Assembly: GCF_001194135.2 (NCBI RefSeq)
Contig: NC_068981.1
Location: forward strand, 171,247,411-171,311,410
Direction of reading: 5' to 3'
DNA from: Octopus bimaculoides
Lineage: Eukaryota
DNA length: 64,000 nucleotides
The notes beneath the pieces are model-generated. The model saw nothing but the letters and a program-made list of their open reading frames with translations, was not told the DNA's origin and made no database searches. A program made the position numbers and the translations under genes. This document shows positions 39,052 to 51,613 of the stretch, piece after piece (within the stretch, counting starts at the first letter, position 1; every line of letters starts with the position of its first letter).

Positions 39052-40703
39052 ATCATCGTTGTCGTCATCATCATCATCGTCTTTGTCGTCGTCCTGATCA
39101 TCATTAATACTTCAACTTATAATTGTTCTCGCAAGAGATTCAATATATTCATTTGATCTGCAGATGTTTTTTTAATACTAACAAAAACAAAATTGTGAAA
39201 AAATTACATGCTGCAAGTATTTAGAGATTGAATAACATGCATTCTGCATTCGCCAGAAAGGTCGGCTTTGATGAGTCTTTTCCTTTTAATATTCTTCTCT
39301 CTATGTAAAGAGAAAAATGATAGCTTCTCGTTAATTTATTAGAAAGCCTACTCGTAATTGTGTCTTGTTGCAGTGAAAATAGACGAACAACGTAGTAGGA
39401 CTGTTGCATTACATGAACAAGAGTAATGCTCACAATATTATCTGAAATTGTAGCAAAAATTGCTGTTGCAATTGCAAGAATGTTATTTCCGTTGATGTAT
39501 AATCAACGGAAGTAGTAAAGAAAATAGAAAAAGTGGATGAACAACAATAGCATCGATGTAGCAGCGTTATGTAAACGAAGTAAAACTATCTCTATTAAAG
39601 ATACCAGGAGCAATAAATACGTTACATGTGTTTTTCAGAAGAAATACGTTAGTAATATAAGCTCTAAAACTTCTGGTTTCTATTGAGTAGATTTATGAAC
39701 TAGAGTATGCTGAGAGGTAAATACTTCCTCAGTTCATTCAGTGAGAGAATATGCTAAAAGTTCATTGAAAAGTGTTGATGACATCAATACTTTTACTGAA
39801 ACTCTGAGTGACGCTATTAAAAGTTGTTAGTTTTTTTCTTTATTTTTAGGCTTATTCAAGATTGAAGGAAGAACACATTTCTATGGTTTGAAGCCATATA
39901 AATATATTCTTCATTGATTATAGTTTGTATCAATAATTTGCCGTTATTTACCGATACAGAAGGCACCCATTGTTCATAGTACCCATAGTACCTACTTCCT
40001 CCTTTGATCCCTATGCTAGATAATCGTAAAATTTCATAAGTCATTTGAATTTATGTCGTTCTGACAAATTATACCCAAACCCAGTTCACATGTGGCCCTC
40101 AGACAGTAGCTTGACTATTTTCCCCATTCCTGAAGTCTAGATTAATTTAATTTGCTCACGTTTTTCTTGTTTTAGTATAGGTTAACCATACCTACACTGT
40201 GGTTCATTAATTCTTTGAATCATTACTTAATGCTGGAATATGCAGTGTGATTTTTAGCTAGATTGACACATAATACGAAAGAAAGATATATCGCTTATCT
40301 GGCTCTCCACTCATATGCCTGACCACTTGTGGGGTTTGAGCTAACGCAGGATTAAACAGCAATATCATGCACGGTTAGAGTAAGCATTTTTGTAGTTAAA
40401 TCAATGGTTTAAAAATTGATAAATATTTACAATTTTAATTAATTATGATTGCAAAATGTGATGAAATATGGGGCAGATTAAAAAAACAAAAATAATATTC
40501 TGGTCTTCCACGTGTTTTCTTGGTTTACTAACCATTCTGCTATTTACATCTGTTCAAGTGATTACAAGTGGTTATGCCGAAATCGAACTGGAATAGCGTA
40601 AGTAAAACTATAGTCGTAAACTCCGCTCAGTATGAATACATCATATGCGGAAATTGTATTAAATGACGAAAATTGAAAAAATAGAGAACTCCAAAGAATG
40701 AAG

Positions 40704-42858
40704 CAGTACTATTTTCTAACATAGATTTTTGCAGACATTTTTCGAACATTTGTCATTCAATTTGATAATCGGGTCATTCAAAGTCGCAAAAAAATTAGCG
40801 CCATAAAGTTAGTCATTCAAATTCGTTTTCCGATCATTTAATTTCACACTTCTTCGGTCAAAGAATTTAGCATTTACATCATTCAAATTGAAATGCCAGT
40901 CGAGAGCATTCAAATTAGTCGGAATACGAGGAAGCGTCTTTTCGAGCATTCAAATTTGTTTCGAGACAAACTGTTTAACACTTCGAGCAATCAAATTAGC
41001 ACGATAGCTGTTTTGGTTTTATCTCATGATCATTGTTTTCATAACCATGTGTTTTCATCTATTGTTTATGCTTTAAGCACTCTATCGTGCCCATCTCTTT
41101 TCTATATATTCTTTTATTTTTGCATAGGCAGATGTATTTATTTTTAAAGACNNNNNNNNNNNNNNNNNNNNNNNNNNNNNNNNNNNNNNNNNNNNNNNNN
41201 NNNNNNNNNNNNNNNNNNNNNNNNNNNNNNNNNNNNNNNNNNNNNNNNNNNNNNNNNNNNNNNNNNNNNNNNNNNNNNNNNNNNNNNNNNNNNNNNNNNN
41301 NNNNNNNNNNNNNNNNNNNNNNNNNNNNNNNNNNNNNNNNNNNNNNNNNNNNNNNNNNNNNNNNNNNNNNNNNNNNNNNNNNNNNNNNNNNNNNNNNNNN
41401 NNNNNNNNNNNNNNNNNNNNNNNNNNNNNNNNNNNNNNNNNNNNNNNNNNNNNNNNNNNNNNNNNNNNNNNNNNNNNNNNNNNNNNNNNNNNNNNNNNNN
41501 NNNNNNNNNNNNNNNNNNNNNNNNNNNNNNNNNNNNNNNNNNNNNNNNNNNNNNNNNNNNNNNNNNNNNNNNNNNNNNNNNNNNNNNNNNNNNNNNNNNN
41601 NNNNNNNNNNNNNNNNNNNNNNNNNNNNNNNNNNNNNNNNNNNNNNNNNNNNNNNNNNNNNNNNNNNNNNNNNNNNNNNNNNNNNNNNNNNNNNNNNNNN
41701 NNNNNNNNNNNNNNNNNNNCTCTCGTAGATCAAGTCAACGGATTCATCCACTGGGAACATGTCGGTACATGCTCGAGCTATTCCTGCCAAGAACTCTTCG
41801 AAAGAGTTTCATGTAACAGTTTCGTTCACAATGGAGTGGTGAACCGGGCCGAATTCTCACGAAACAATGAAAGTAACATTGCAGTTTTCCCCCACGCTGA
41901 CAGTTGACAACTCGGTGAACAGGAATGCTACTAGGGGCTCGTCCAAAAGACCACCTGGTCCAAATGATGTACCTATATTCATCACTAAATACGCAATGGT
42001 CGATGACTCCCTCTTTCATGAAGCAATTTACGTACCTATAACGCTTTTCCAGAGTTCTTGGGGCATTTCTTGCAACTGGGACGTCTTCGGTTAGCTTTAT
42101 AGTGATCAACATCACAATGCTGCCTCTGAGTCACTCTTCATCTGTTGAAGGGTTGCAAATGGGTTGGCATCAGTAATCACCTGAAGCCTGGCTCGCATTT
42201 CCTCATCACCCTTAACGTTGTGAGCAGCTCCTCTGGGCAACTTGTGGTGCCTCCCAGACCGTAGGTAGGTTGCTACTATGGATCGGGCAGTATTCCTTTT
42301 AATGCCCAGTGTGTTTCCCAGTTGCAGGTAATCGGTCTGATGCCCCTCAAGTCGTCAACCAGCTTTGCCCTATTTTCGTCCGATATACGCTTGTACCTTA
42401 CGCGTGGCTCCATAATGGTAAGAGAAAGGGGATATAAAAAGCAACTGATATTAACTGGTTACGAATATAGCAATTAGAAAGAATTTGCATGACAAAACAT
42501 GTCATTTAAATTTCTCATTTTTAACATTCATTTCTTAGAATGTGAATAAAAACATATATAAAATTGGTGCTAAATTCCGAATTCGAATGGTTTCGTGCGA
42601 ATTTGAATACTCGAAAAGACGCTTCCTCGCATTCCAAATAATTTGAATGCTCTCGACTGGCATTTTAATTTGAATGATATAAGTGCTAAATTCTTTGATC
42701 AAAGTGCAAAATTGAATGGTTGAGAAACGAATTTGATTGACTAACTTCATGTCGTTAATTTATTTTGTGTGTGTGTGTCTTTGACTGACCCGATTATCAA
42801 CTTGAATAACAAAAGTACGAAAACAACTGCAAAAACCTATATTTGAATAATGTTATAG
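40704..42858 (-). mobile_element. Tc1/IS630-like DNA transposon with ~300-bp TIRs
   Basis: ~40704-41010 is the reverse complement of ~42565-42858 (e.g. GATAATCGGGTCA, GCCAGTCGAGAGCATTCAAAT, GAGGAAGCGTCTTTTCGAG); a transposase remnant lies between, partly in a gap. Confidence 0.85.
41720..42413 (-). pseudogene. Tc1/IS630-like DDE transposase pseudogene (C-terminus in gap)
   Basis: MEPRVRYKRISDENRAKLVDD (HTH start), CVFSDEYRYIIWTRWSFGRAP (first D), and DESVDLIYE at the gap edge (second D region). Confidence 0.75.
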
Positions 42859-42983
42859 TTTTTTTATATAGTTATGTGGAGCATCTTATACGTCGCCCCT
42901 CTTGGAAACATAAAATAATAACACAAGTATGTTAATGATAAAAAAACTCCCTTCCCCCGTAAAATCTTGCTTACTTCTATATA

Positions 42984-43160
42984 GACGCAGGCGGGGCTGT
43001 GTGGTAAGAAGTTTGCTTTTAAATCACATAGTTCTGGGTTCTGTCCCACTGCGTGGCACCTTGCGTAAGTGTCTTCTTCTATAGCCTCGGGGTAACCAAA
43101 GCCTTGTGAGTGGGTTTCGTAGACGGAAACTGGAAGAAGCCCGCCGTGTGTGTGTGTTAG

Positions 43161-43192
<32 letters not shown>

Positions 43193-43670
43193 TGTATATN
43201 NNNNNNNNNNNNNNNNNNNNNNNNNNNNNNNNNNNNNNNNNNNNNNNNNNNNNNNNNNNNNNNNNNNNNNNNNNNNNNNNNNNNNNNNNNNNNNNNNNNN
43301 NNNNNNNNNNNNNNNNNNNNNNNNNNNNNNNNNNNNNNNNNNNNNNNNNNNNNNNNNNNNNNNNNNNNNNNNNNNNNNNNNNNNNNNNNNNNNNNNNNNN
43401 NNNNNNNNNNNNNNNNNNNNNNNNNNNNNNNNNNNNNNNNNNNNNNNNNNNNNNNNNNNNNNNNNNNNNNNNNNNNNNNNNNNNNNNNNNNNNNNNNNNN
43501 NNNNNNNNNNNNNNNNNNNNNNNNNNNNNNNNNNNNNNNNNNNNNNNNNNNNNNNNNNNNNNNNGCTTACAAAGAATAAGTCCTGGGGTCGATTTGCTCG
43601 ACTAAAGCCCTTTAAGGTGGTGCCTCAGCATGGTCGCAGTCAAATGACTGAAACAAGTAAAAGAATAAAA
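42984..43670 (+). mobile_element. tRNA-derived SINE family B with internal microsatellite/gap
   Basis: A box GGCTGTGTGG, B box GGTTCTGTCCC, body CACTGCGTGGCACCTTG...GACGGAAACTG, internal (TATG)n, 3' end GACTGAAACAAGTAAAAGAATAAAA. Confidence 0.85.
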
Positions 43671-43675
43671 TAATA

Positions 43676-43802
43676 TTTTCTACTCTAGGCACAAGGCCTG
43701 AAATTTTGGGCGGGCGGCGGTTAGCTAGTCGATTTTATCCACCCAGTACGCAAAGACAGACGAAATACCGCTAAGCATTTCACCCGGCGTGCTAACGTTT
43801 CT
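43676..43802 (-). mobile_element. SINE family A copy, internally deleted, tail type i, lacking the first ~14 nt
   Basis: AGAAACGTTAGCACGCCGGGTGAAATGCTTAGCGG...CCAAAATTTCAGGCCTTGTGCCTAGAGTAGAAAA. Confidence 0.85.
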
Positions 43803-44017
43803 TATTTCTTTATTGCCCACAAGGGGCTAAACATAGAGGGGTCATACAAAGGTATGAAGTCGATTACATCGCCCTCAGTGCGGAACTGGTACATAATTTA
43901 TCGACCCCGAAAGGACGAAATGCAAAGTCCACCTCGGCGTAATTTGAACTCAGAACGTAACGGCAGACGAAACACCGCTAAGCATTTCGCCCGGCGTGCT
44001 ATCGTTTCTGCCAGCAC
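43803..44017 (-). mobile_element. SINE family A copy with alternative tail type ii (Tx1-like 3' end)
   Basis: Family A head and body, but ends TGACCCCTCTATGTTTAGCCCCTTGTGGGCAATAAAGAAATA. Confidence 0.88.
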
Positions 44018-44348
44018 TTAATATTACATATATGTACCTACACAACCTGTTACCTATTTTGTCACCTGTTTCTATTACTTTCTTTCTATCACCTATTTCT
44101 CTTGCTCTCTTCTTAACTCCCTCTTTCTCTCCAGTTTTATTCACTTCATAAAATGTCCGCATGACAGTCTTTCATGAATTTTTCAAAAATTGTTCCCGAA
44201 ACGTCCATTTATCTGCCTTTCCATTTTTTTTTTTTTTNNNNNNNNNNNNNNNNNNNNNNNNNNNNNNNNNNNNNNNNNNNNNNNNNNNNNNNNNNNNNNN
44301 NNNNNNNNNNNNNNNNNNNNNNNNNNNNNNNNNNNNNNNNNNNNNNNN

Positions 44349-44406
<58 letters not shown>

Positions 44407-44975
44407 CCATTTCTCATTTTCTCTTTTCATTCTCTTACAGAAAATGTTGTCCGGCAGTAATTTCTTACTTTTTTCTTCCGCTTATATATTGTAGTTTTAT
44501 TTTTCTTTCCTAATTTCTTTGTGCACCTTGCGTCTTTTCTTTTTTTTTTCGCCTTTTTTTGCTCTTTCTTTGTCGCAACTTACCATTTAATATTTGTTCC
44601 CTCTCTATTTTTCTGTCATTTTCTTCTTTCCTCTGAGCTCTTCTACTTATTCCGCACCACTTGTATCTCTATCTCTCTTCTTCTCTCTCTCTGTATCTCT
44701 CTTTGTATTTATTTCACTCTCTCTCTTTCTTTCTCTTTATCTCTCTCGCTCCGTCTTCCTCCCTTTCTCTCTTTCTTTCTCTCTCTCTGTCTCTCACTAT
44801 CTATCTATGCATCAGCCTATCCTTCCATTTCTCTTCTCACTCTTCCAATGTTTTCATTATGTTATCCCATTAATTCTCTTACTATTTTTACATCCACCTA
44901 CTTTCCTCGCTCTCTCTCTCTCTCTCTCTCTCTCNNNNNNNNNNTCTCTCTCTCTCTCTCTCTCTCTCTTCTACT
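44349..44975. repeat. (CT)n microsatellites and pyrimidine-rich tract
   Basis: Directly visible; explains the Ser/Leu-rich ORFs. Confidence 0.9.
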
Positions 44976-46342
44976 ACTCTCTTTTTCCTCACTTTCCCCC
45001 TCATACACTCACATAATCCCTTTGTCCCCCCCCGCAACCCCGTCTCTACTCAACCCACTCTTAACCCACATACATCACCCTCTCCTGCGGCAGTAAATCA
45101 CCCATGCGTGAAGAAAGCATAGATTTACCGACCACTGGTCCTTGAAGTAGATCAATTAAAAATCCTCTCTTCCTTTTACCGTTTTGGCTAAAACGTTGAA
45201 ATTGCTTCTCGCGTTAAACAAATTAATGTTTTCTGTAAGTGTGTGTGTTGTGCACATGAATATATAAGGGTATGTTCGTTATTTGTATAACCTTTAGTAT
45301 GTATGGATGTATCGATATATGAGTGTATCCATTTATAAGTGCGTATGCATATATTTGCATATGTTTTATAAGTTTACTACGTATGTATGTTTTTAGGTAT
45401 GAATGTTTATGCAAAAATACGTACGTAAGTATGGACGTATATAAGTATGAAGAGATGTTTTATGTCGATAGATAAGTATGTATATGTGTATGTAAGCATG
45501 TATATACGTAGGTAATCATGTGTATATGTAAGTGTTTATGTAAGTGCATCTGAGTATGTTCCAGTTAGAAAAGAGAAAGAGAGCACATTCTTATTTTAAT
45601 TATACTAATATGTTACTCTGGGAAACCGATAGCAAAGATTAGACTTCTAAATCTGCAATATAATTTGGTACACGTTGTTTAACATAGAGTTTGAAGGCGG
45701 TTTTGGAAGTGTGCAGAACAGATGTTCGTTTCCCAGTAAAAAATTTCCAAGATTTTGTTTCTCTGCATGCCACTTTTGTCAAACCTATTTTGTTGTAGCT
45801 TCAGGGCAATCTAAAATTCATCAACGAAAGTAACTAGATGGAAACTGTGCAGAAGCCTAGCAAACGGAATGGCCCTCCTTGTGAGTCACTTGATTTAACA
45901 CCACAAATTCGTTCTTGGTTGCAAGCATTGGCATTGGGTCTCCACTGTATACTTAACTTGGTATTTTATTGTGATTCTTCTCTCTGTATCAGCCCATAAG
46001 CGCGATGTTTCATCTTTTCCATCCAACAGATTTGGACATCCAGCAAAAGAATCATGAGCTATTGAGCTTTCAGTAAACCATATGAAAAAGGAAACAGACT
46101 CCACCAGGAAAAGAAAACAGGTTTTCTAAAAACAAGCTTTCGAGCAGAGCCCTACCTGGGTATTCTTCCAGAAGTTTCTTTGAAGTAATAACAATATGTA
46201 ATATCAGAAAAAAGGTTTGATTTTCGAGTGCTTAACGTCAAGAAAGTGATATTTGGAAACAGAAAATTATTTGGGCCAAAAATGCTATTTAATATCCTTT
46301 CTATTATTGGCACAAGACTGAAATTTTTCGAAAGGCGGATAG

Positions 46343-46495
46343 TCAATTAATCCGACTCCACTACGTAACAGGTATGTAATTCATCGACCCTGAAAGGATG
46401 GAAGGCAAAGTCGACATCGGCGAAATTTGAACTCAGAACATTAAAACAGACGAAATATGGTTAATTGTTGTGTCCGATTCTGCCAGCTCGCCAGG
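46343..46495 (-). mobile_element. SINE family A partial copy
   Basis: GGCGAGCTGGCAGAATCGG...GTTCTGAGTTCAAATTTCGCCGATGTCGACTTTGCCTTCCATCC. Confidence 0.85.
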
Positions 46496-47269
46496 TTAAG
46501 AAAACTAAAGCTTAATACCAAAAAACTGAATCTCGAACATGTTTTTTGGAAAATTTTTGGAATGTAATCGTCACTATTTTATGGTTTTCAATAAAAATGA
46601 ATTACATTTCGCGAAAATTAAAATAATTGTCTAATTATTATTTATTGCAAGATTTTTCGTAATGACTCTTAAAATACTTTCTTGGCAATTAAAACTTGTC
46701 TATTGAGTAATCTGAAATTCATTAGACACAAACGAAATCTATAATTTTTTCAGATGAAATGTTTTTGCAGTAAACACTGAAATTACGAAACATATACTTC
46801 AGAATTTATTTGGATTGTTAGCATCAAGATATCAACTGTAAAATATTTATAATGCACTAGCATACTGTTGGTTCTCAATTACTTTATTTGGACAATTTTA
46901 TTTCTTATGAAAATACTGTATGACACATTCACAATGATCAAATAAATATTGATTATACCTCGAGGAATTTGTTCTGTTCAGCATGAGTAGTTAATATCAT
47001 ATATTTTACAAGTTTACTTTTGATGCATAGTATATGGCTTGGAAAATTGTCAGATCTAAATTTTTAGCAAGAAAATATTTTTAATTCTTTGTAAAATTTC
47101 ACTTCTTTCAAGAACTGTATAAAATTATCAAGTAAACTGGAAACATTCTAAATCTTAGCATATTCTTTGTTAATATTTACTTTATCAAGTAAACCCTGTA
47201 CCAGTTCCAAAAGTCGATATTTACTTTCAGGGATAGCAGATGGTAAAACCAATACAGGATCGACAAAAC

Positions 47270-47270
<1 letters not shown>

Positions 47271-47341
<71 letters not shown>

Positions 47342-47443
47342 GTAGGTAGGTAGGTAGGAAGGAAGGAAGGAAAGAAGGAAGGAAGGAAGGAAGGAAGGAA
47401 GGAAGGTAGGTAGGTAGATAGATAGATAGGTAGGTAGATAGAT

Positions 47444-47514
<71 letters not shown>

Positions 47515-47520
47515 AAGATA
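47271..47520. repeat. Symmetric compound microsatellite GATA-GGTA-GGAA-GGTA-GATA
   Basis: Directly visible. Confidence 0.95.
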
Positions 47521-48869
47521 TGAAAATAGTTATATATCATATAATCAAATATGTATATATATTAAAATGATCGTATATTTACATATTATGTATGCTCGTA
47601 TGCATGGATTTAATTATATGTGAGCGTATAGTTGTGTCTTATAGTCATGAAAGTATGACATTTCAATTCGTATCATTTAAAACAGCTACGNNNNNNNNNN
47701 TAAAATGATCGTATATTTACATATATACGTATTATATACGTATTATTTACATATTTACATATTTACGTATTATTTACATATTTACGTATATTTACGTATA
47801 TTTACGTATATTTACGTATATTTACCTATTATGTATGCTCGTATGCATGGATTTAATTATATGTGAGCGTATAGTTGTGTCTTATAGTCATGAAAGTATG
47901 ACATTTCAATTCGTATCATTTAAAACAGCTACGCAGATACAAGAAGGCTTCGCTGTTGAATGGCGAATGACATGTAATTAAGAAACTTTATTCCCTTTTC
48001 ATACTGTGACTAAGTGTAGAAATCGACACAATTATACGCTGAAGATTGTGTTCTTTTTGATATCAAGCAGAGGAAATCACAAACTCTTTACTCTTTCATA
48101 TTAATGAATTTTGTCTCCAAGACAACCAAATTATATTTTCACAAAAGTTACGCATCCAGTGAGGAATGTAGGTTACACACATTGTAGCTGCTATAGTATT
48201 GAACGACTTCATGTCAATAACCTGCTGTGCACCAGATAATAAGCATAGACTGGAACTTTTCGTAAGGTTCCAAGATACAGTTTATATTTCTAGAAGTGAG
48301 TCTAGGCATGTGTGAATATCTTTGACTGTTTCATGTCTAATGTTCTTGTTAAATCTCGTATACGCACTTATTGAAAAAACTTTGATGGAAGGTTTTCTAT
48401 CAATGCCACCTTCTCTTCAGACAAGGTGATATTTGTATCTCCTGTTTCAATATGCACTCCTGTTCGAAGATAGTAGTTTGTGATTTGAGGGAAATTTTAT
48501 TTCTATTTTTAGCAAGTAAATTGATCACACAGAGTTTTTCTTATACCTTGTATATGGTTATGATACATGAGTTTGAAACTCATGTAACATACTCATATAT
48601 GGGTCAGTGATGACGTGAGTATGTGAGTAATTTCAACATTTGGTGTCCCCAATCGAGACAAAGTTTACAACTGTTTTCCAGCTGTTACTTGGAGCTCATG
48701 ATGCTGACTAACCATAGTAAGAACGTACATATTATATCCTTAATCTCTAATGATGACCTCAAGTTAGAAATCTTCAGAGTATACCACAAGCTGGACAAAA
48801 TCTCTAAATGATAAATGATGCCAACTCAACGTTTACTCATGAAACATAAAATAGTGCTACACAGTGTTG

Positions 48870-49075
48870 TGTGGCTAGTGTCCTCGGTCACCTTCTCCTT
48901 AGGGGGCCATCTGCAGCAACTGTCATTAAACTTTCCGGCTGGATTCACAAGTGTATTCGACTCAGACGTTCTTGGTCTACGTCTTAGTTACTCTCGGTTG
49001 TTTCGACTTTAAGAATCCATCGTGTGAGTCTTTCCTGCAACGTTCTAATCACATGTCTGTAACAGTGAAGCGGAT
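48870..49075 (-). mobile_element. Possible RTE-type LINE 3' remnant
   Basis: Decayed pieces resembling RLRxxGHVxR, RLxRWILxW, RGRPRT and LMxxAAD; weak. Confidence 0.4.
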
Positions 49076-49218
49076 AATGTACCATAATTAATGATATTAG
49101 AAAATACACATGATGTAAATATTCCGAAATCGATTGACATACTGTATATTGTTTTCCAAATTTCCTTCAGAACCCAATATTTGGTCTCAAATAAGGAGAC
49201 TTTGGGCAATACAGTTAA

Positions 49219-49287
<69 letters not shown>

Positions 49288-49368
49288 CAGTCAGGTAGAC
49301 ATACAGACAGATAGATAAGTAATATATATAGATATATATATATATATATATACATAGACACACAAAGT

Positions 49369-49527
49369 AAAATAATGATACACGAATGATAACAGAGAAA
49401 TGAGAATATGAAGTGTGTTACTCACCCCACACTGAGTAACACCACTCTCCACCTTTGAGTCCTGAGTCCTCTTTAGTTTTTGATCTAGTCTTTCGTTTAC
49501 CGTTTTCTCCATCGGTGAGTAACAACA
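49369..49527 (-). mobile_element. Second short copy of the ORF1 end/3'UTR of the Tx1-derived element at 50156-51613
   Basis: Near-identical to 50298-50435 (AATAATGATACACGAATGATAAC, CACACTGAGTAACACCACTC, TCTAGTCTTTCGTTTACCGTTTT). Confidence 0.9.
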
Positions 49528-50121
49528 AAGTATAAATGTGTATATACATATATAATTTCTACATATTTTGTAGTAGAAAACATCCGTTGACTTGTGCCGA
49601 TGTATAATTGTGAAATATAATCAGCATTAATATCCCCCGCGCCAAAAGTTTGTTCAGGCTGTCACTAGTTCCTTGTACGTATCACGTAGCAGATGATCAT
49701 GTAAATAACAGAATACACCAATATATATATATAAGATATCCGCTGGGGTATATATTTATTAGCATATATGGATACGACTTGCTCGGTGTTTCTGCTACAC
49801 ACCAAGCAACTGACAAATGAGTTATACGGTTGACTGGCAAATACTTACTCACCGACACTTTTCAATCACTTTTCCATTGAATCCCCGGTAGTCTTTTTCT
49901 CACTACTTATTCTATTGATACTAAAACGATCTGAGCATTATTGATCCACCTACCTCGCCTCCTCTCTCCATTCCTGTTCTGGCTCACCCACATACTAAAG
50001 CTTACATTAACTATTTCAATTCTTCCTATGCTGAAACCGTTTCCAAACATCCCCTCAATTTTGTTTCTCACAGGTACATGCTCAAACTAAACACTGTGTT
50101 CTAAATCTTCAGAATGGGCGG

Positions 50122-50155
50122 ACCCAGAACCATGTAGTTGGGAAGCAGGCTTCTT
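50122..50155 (-). mobile_element. SINE family B head, downstream half (after the insertion), including the TSD copy at 50140-50155
   Basis: AAGAAGCCTGCTTCCC-AACTACATGGTTCTGGGT continues the head at 51614-51650; compare the uninterrupted copy at 42984. Confidence 0.88.
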
Positions 50156-51613
50156 TATTTCTCTTAAATTGCCATAAAGACATTACATAGAAGGGGACAC
50201 TAGAACATATGTGGGGACATGTAACAATTAAAATAAAAATATGATGCTATGAATGACACATGAAAATGAACATGAAAATATCAAAATCAAAATATTAAAA
50301 TAATGATACACGAATGATAACTGAGAAATGAGTAACACACTGAGTAACACCACTCGCCACCTCTGAGCCCTGAGTCCTCTTTAGTCTTTTATCTAGTCTT
50401 TCGTTTACCGTTTTCCTCATCGCTGAGTGACAACACTGTCTCCTCCATGTACACGCAACCATTTTCACCGGGGGAAGAGTCTTGTAAATTTTATGGTGTC
50501 TGTTCTTTCTTCTTTTTTTCCTGTGGGAGAGGTGGTGGGCTGTTTGGTGTCTTTATGGGGAGGGTGGGTCTGAGTGGTCTTGGGTGGGATGGAGTTAGTC
50601 TGGGGTCCCAGATCACACTGACTGTTCTTCCTCTTCTTACACTTTTTCCTTCTATTCTCTGTCACTGTCCATTCATCCTCCTTGTTCCTTCCATCTATCT
50701 GTACTTCTTCCTTTTTCTCTTCCGTCCCCACCACCGTTTCTTCTGTCGTTTTCCTCTGCAGAGGGCAGTGCGCTCTAATGTGGCCCTTTTGGCCACATTT
50801 AAAACACCGTGGGGTTCTACCATCCACCCACACTTTTACCACAATCTTTCCCAACGTCACCGTCTCCGCCAAACTCTCCAATTGGCTCTCCTCTGCCTGT
50901 ATAATGACGTCCAGTGTTTTTCTTCTCCATCCTCCGTTCTCCGTTTCCGTGGCTTGGAGGACGGCCACCTCCGCCACACTTCCAGCGAAGACGGCTGCCG
51001 CAACCCAAGTCACTTCTATATCGGTTGGAATTCCTTCTATCCTCACCTTAGAAGTCTTTCTTTCCAAGATACGCGGGGAGAAGTACTACTTCCTCCGTCC
51101 TTACAGTTGCACACGCCAGACTCCTCGCCTCCTCCGCTGTCCTAAACTGGACAACCACCGTCCCATATCCATTTCCTTTCGCTATGTATGTCACTTCCTT
51201 CGAAAGACCCTTCAATGCTTTTTCTACTTTTTCCATCTCCATCCGCTCTACCTTCCTACTCTCCACTGAGTACACCTTGTAGGTAATGGTTTTCTTTTCC
51301 ATATTTTCCATAACCCTTTTCACCGCCCTCCTTCTGAGTCATCTTACTCAGCTCCTCCAGTCCGGCTAGGTCTACCTCCCTTTTCTTCACCTCTGCAGCC
51401 TCAGCAAAACTTTTTACTCTTTCCAAATGTTCGTCCATTCTATTTACCGCCTTAACGAGCTCCTCCTCCGATGAGGACAGCTCATACTCGCTAGGTTCTG
51501 AAAACATATTTTCCTACCGGTATAACACTCACTGACAAGCCGCTGCCAAACAGTACAAAAAATTCCGTCCGATTCGTCAAAAATCAACACAACGAATAGA
51601 CCGACGCATACAC
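50156..51613 (-). mobile_element. ORF1-only non-autonomous Tx1/L1-clade retroelement (HAL1-like), 1458 bp, 16-bp TSD
   Basis: Flanked by the perfect direct repeat GGGAAGCAGGCTTCTT (50140-50155, 51614-51629). It has a ~106-bp 5'UTR, ORF1, and a ~230-bp T-rich 3'UTR ending GGCAATTTAAGAGAAATA; no ORF2 sequence. Confidence 0.85.
50389..51507 (-). pseudogene. Tx1/L1-type ORF1p (coiled-coil, RRM-like region, CCHC zinc knuckle), 3 frameshifts
   Basis: ORFs 51256..51507, 51048..51323 and 50465..51067 join in order: ...YLG-KTSKVRIEGIP...KVWVDGRTPRCFKCGQKGHIRAHCP. A -1 repair at the C run near 50470 extends it to DEENGKRKTR*. Confidence 0.85.

Noticed and set aside
42984-43060. tRNA gene
   Set aside because: It has A/B boxes but no acceptor stem or terminator and continues into a SINE body; the same applies to all SINE heads.
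47563-47933. 128-bp duplication on either side of a 10-N gap, second copy with an expanded TATTTACGTA repeat
   Set aside because: Typical unmerged contig overlap or two haplotypes at a scaffold join, not a biological tandem duplication.
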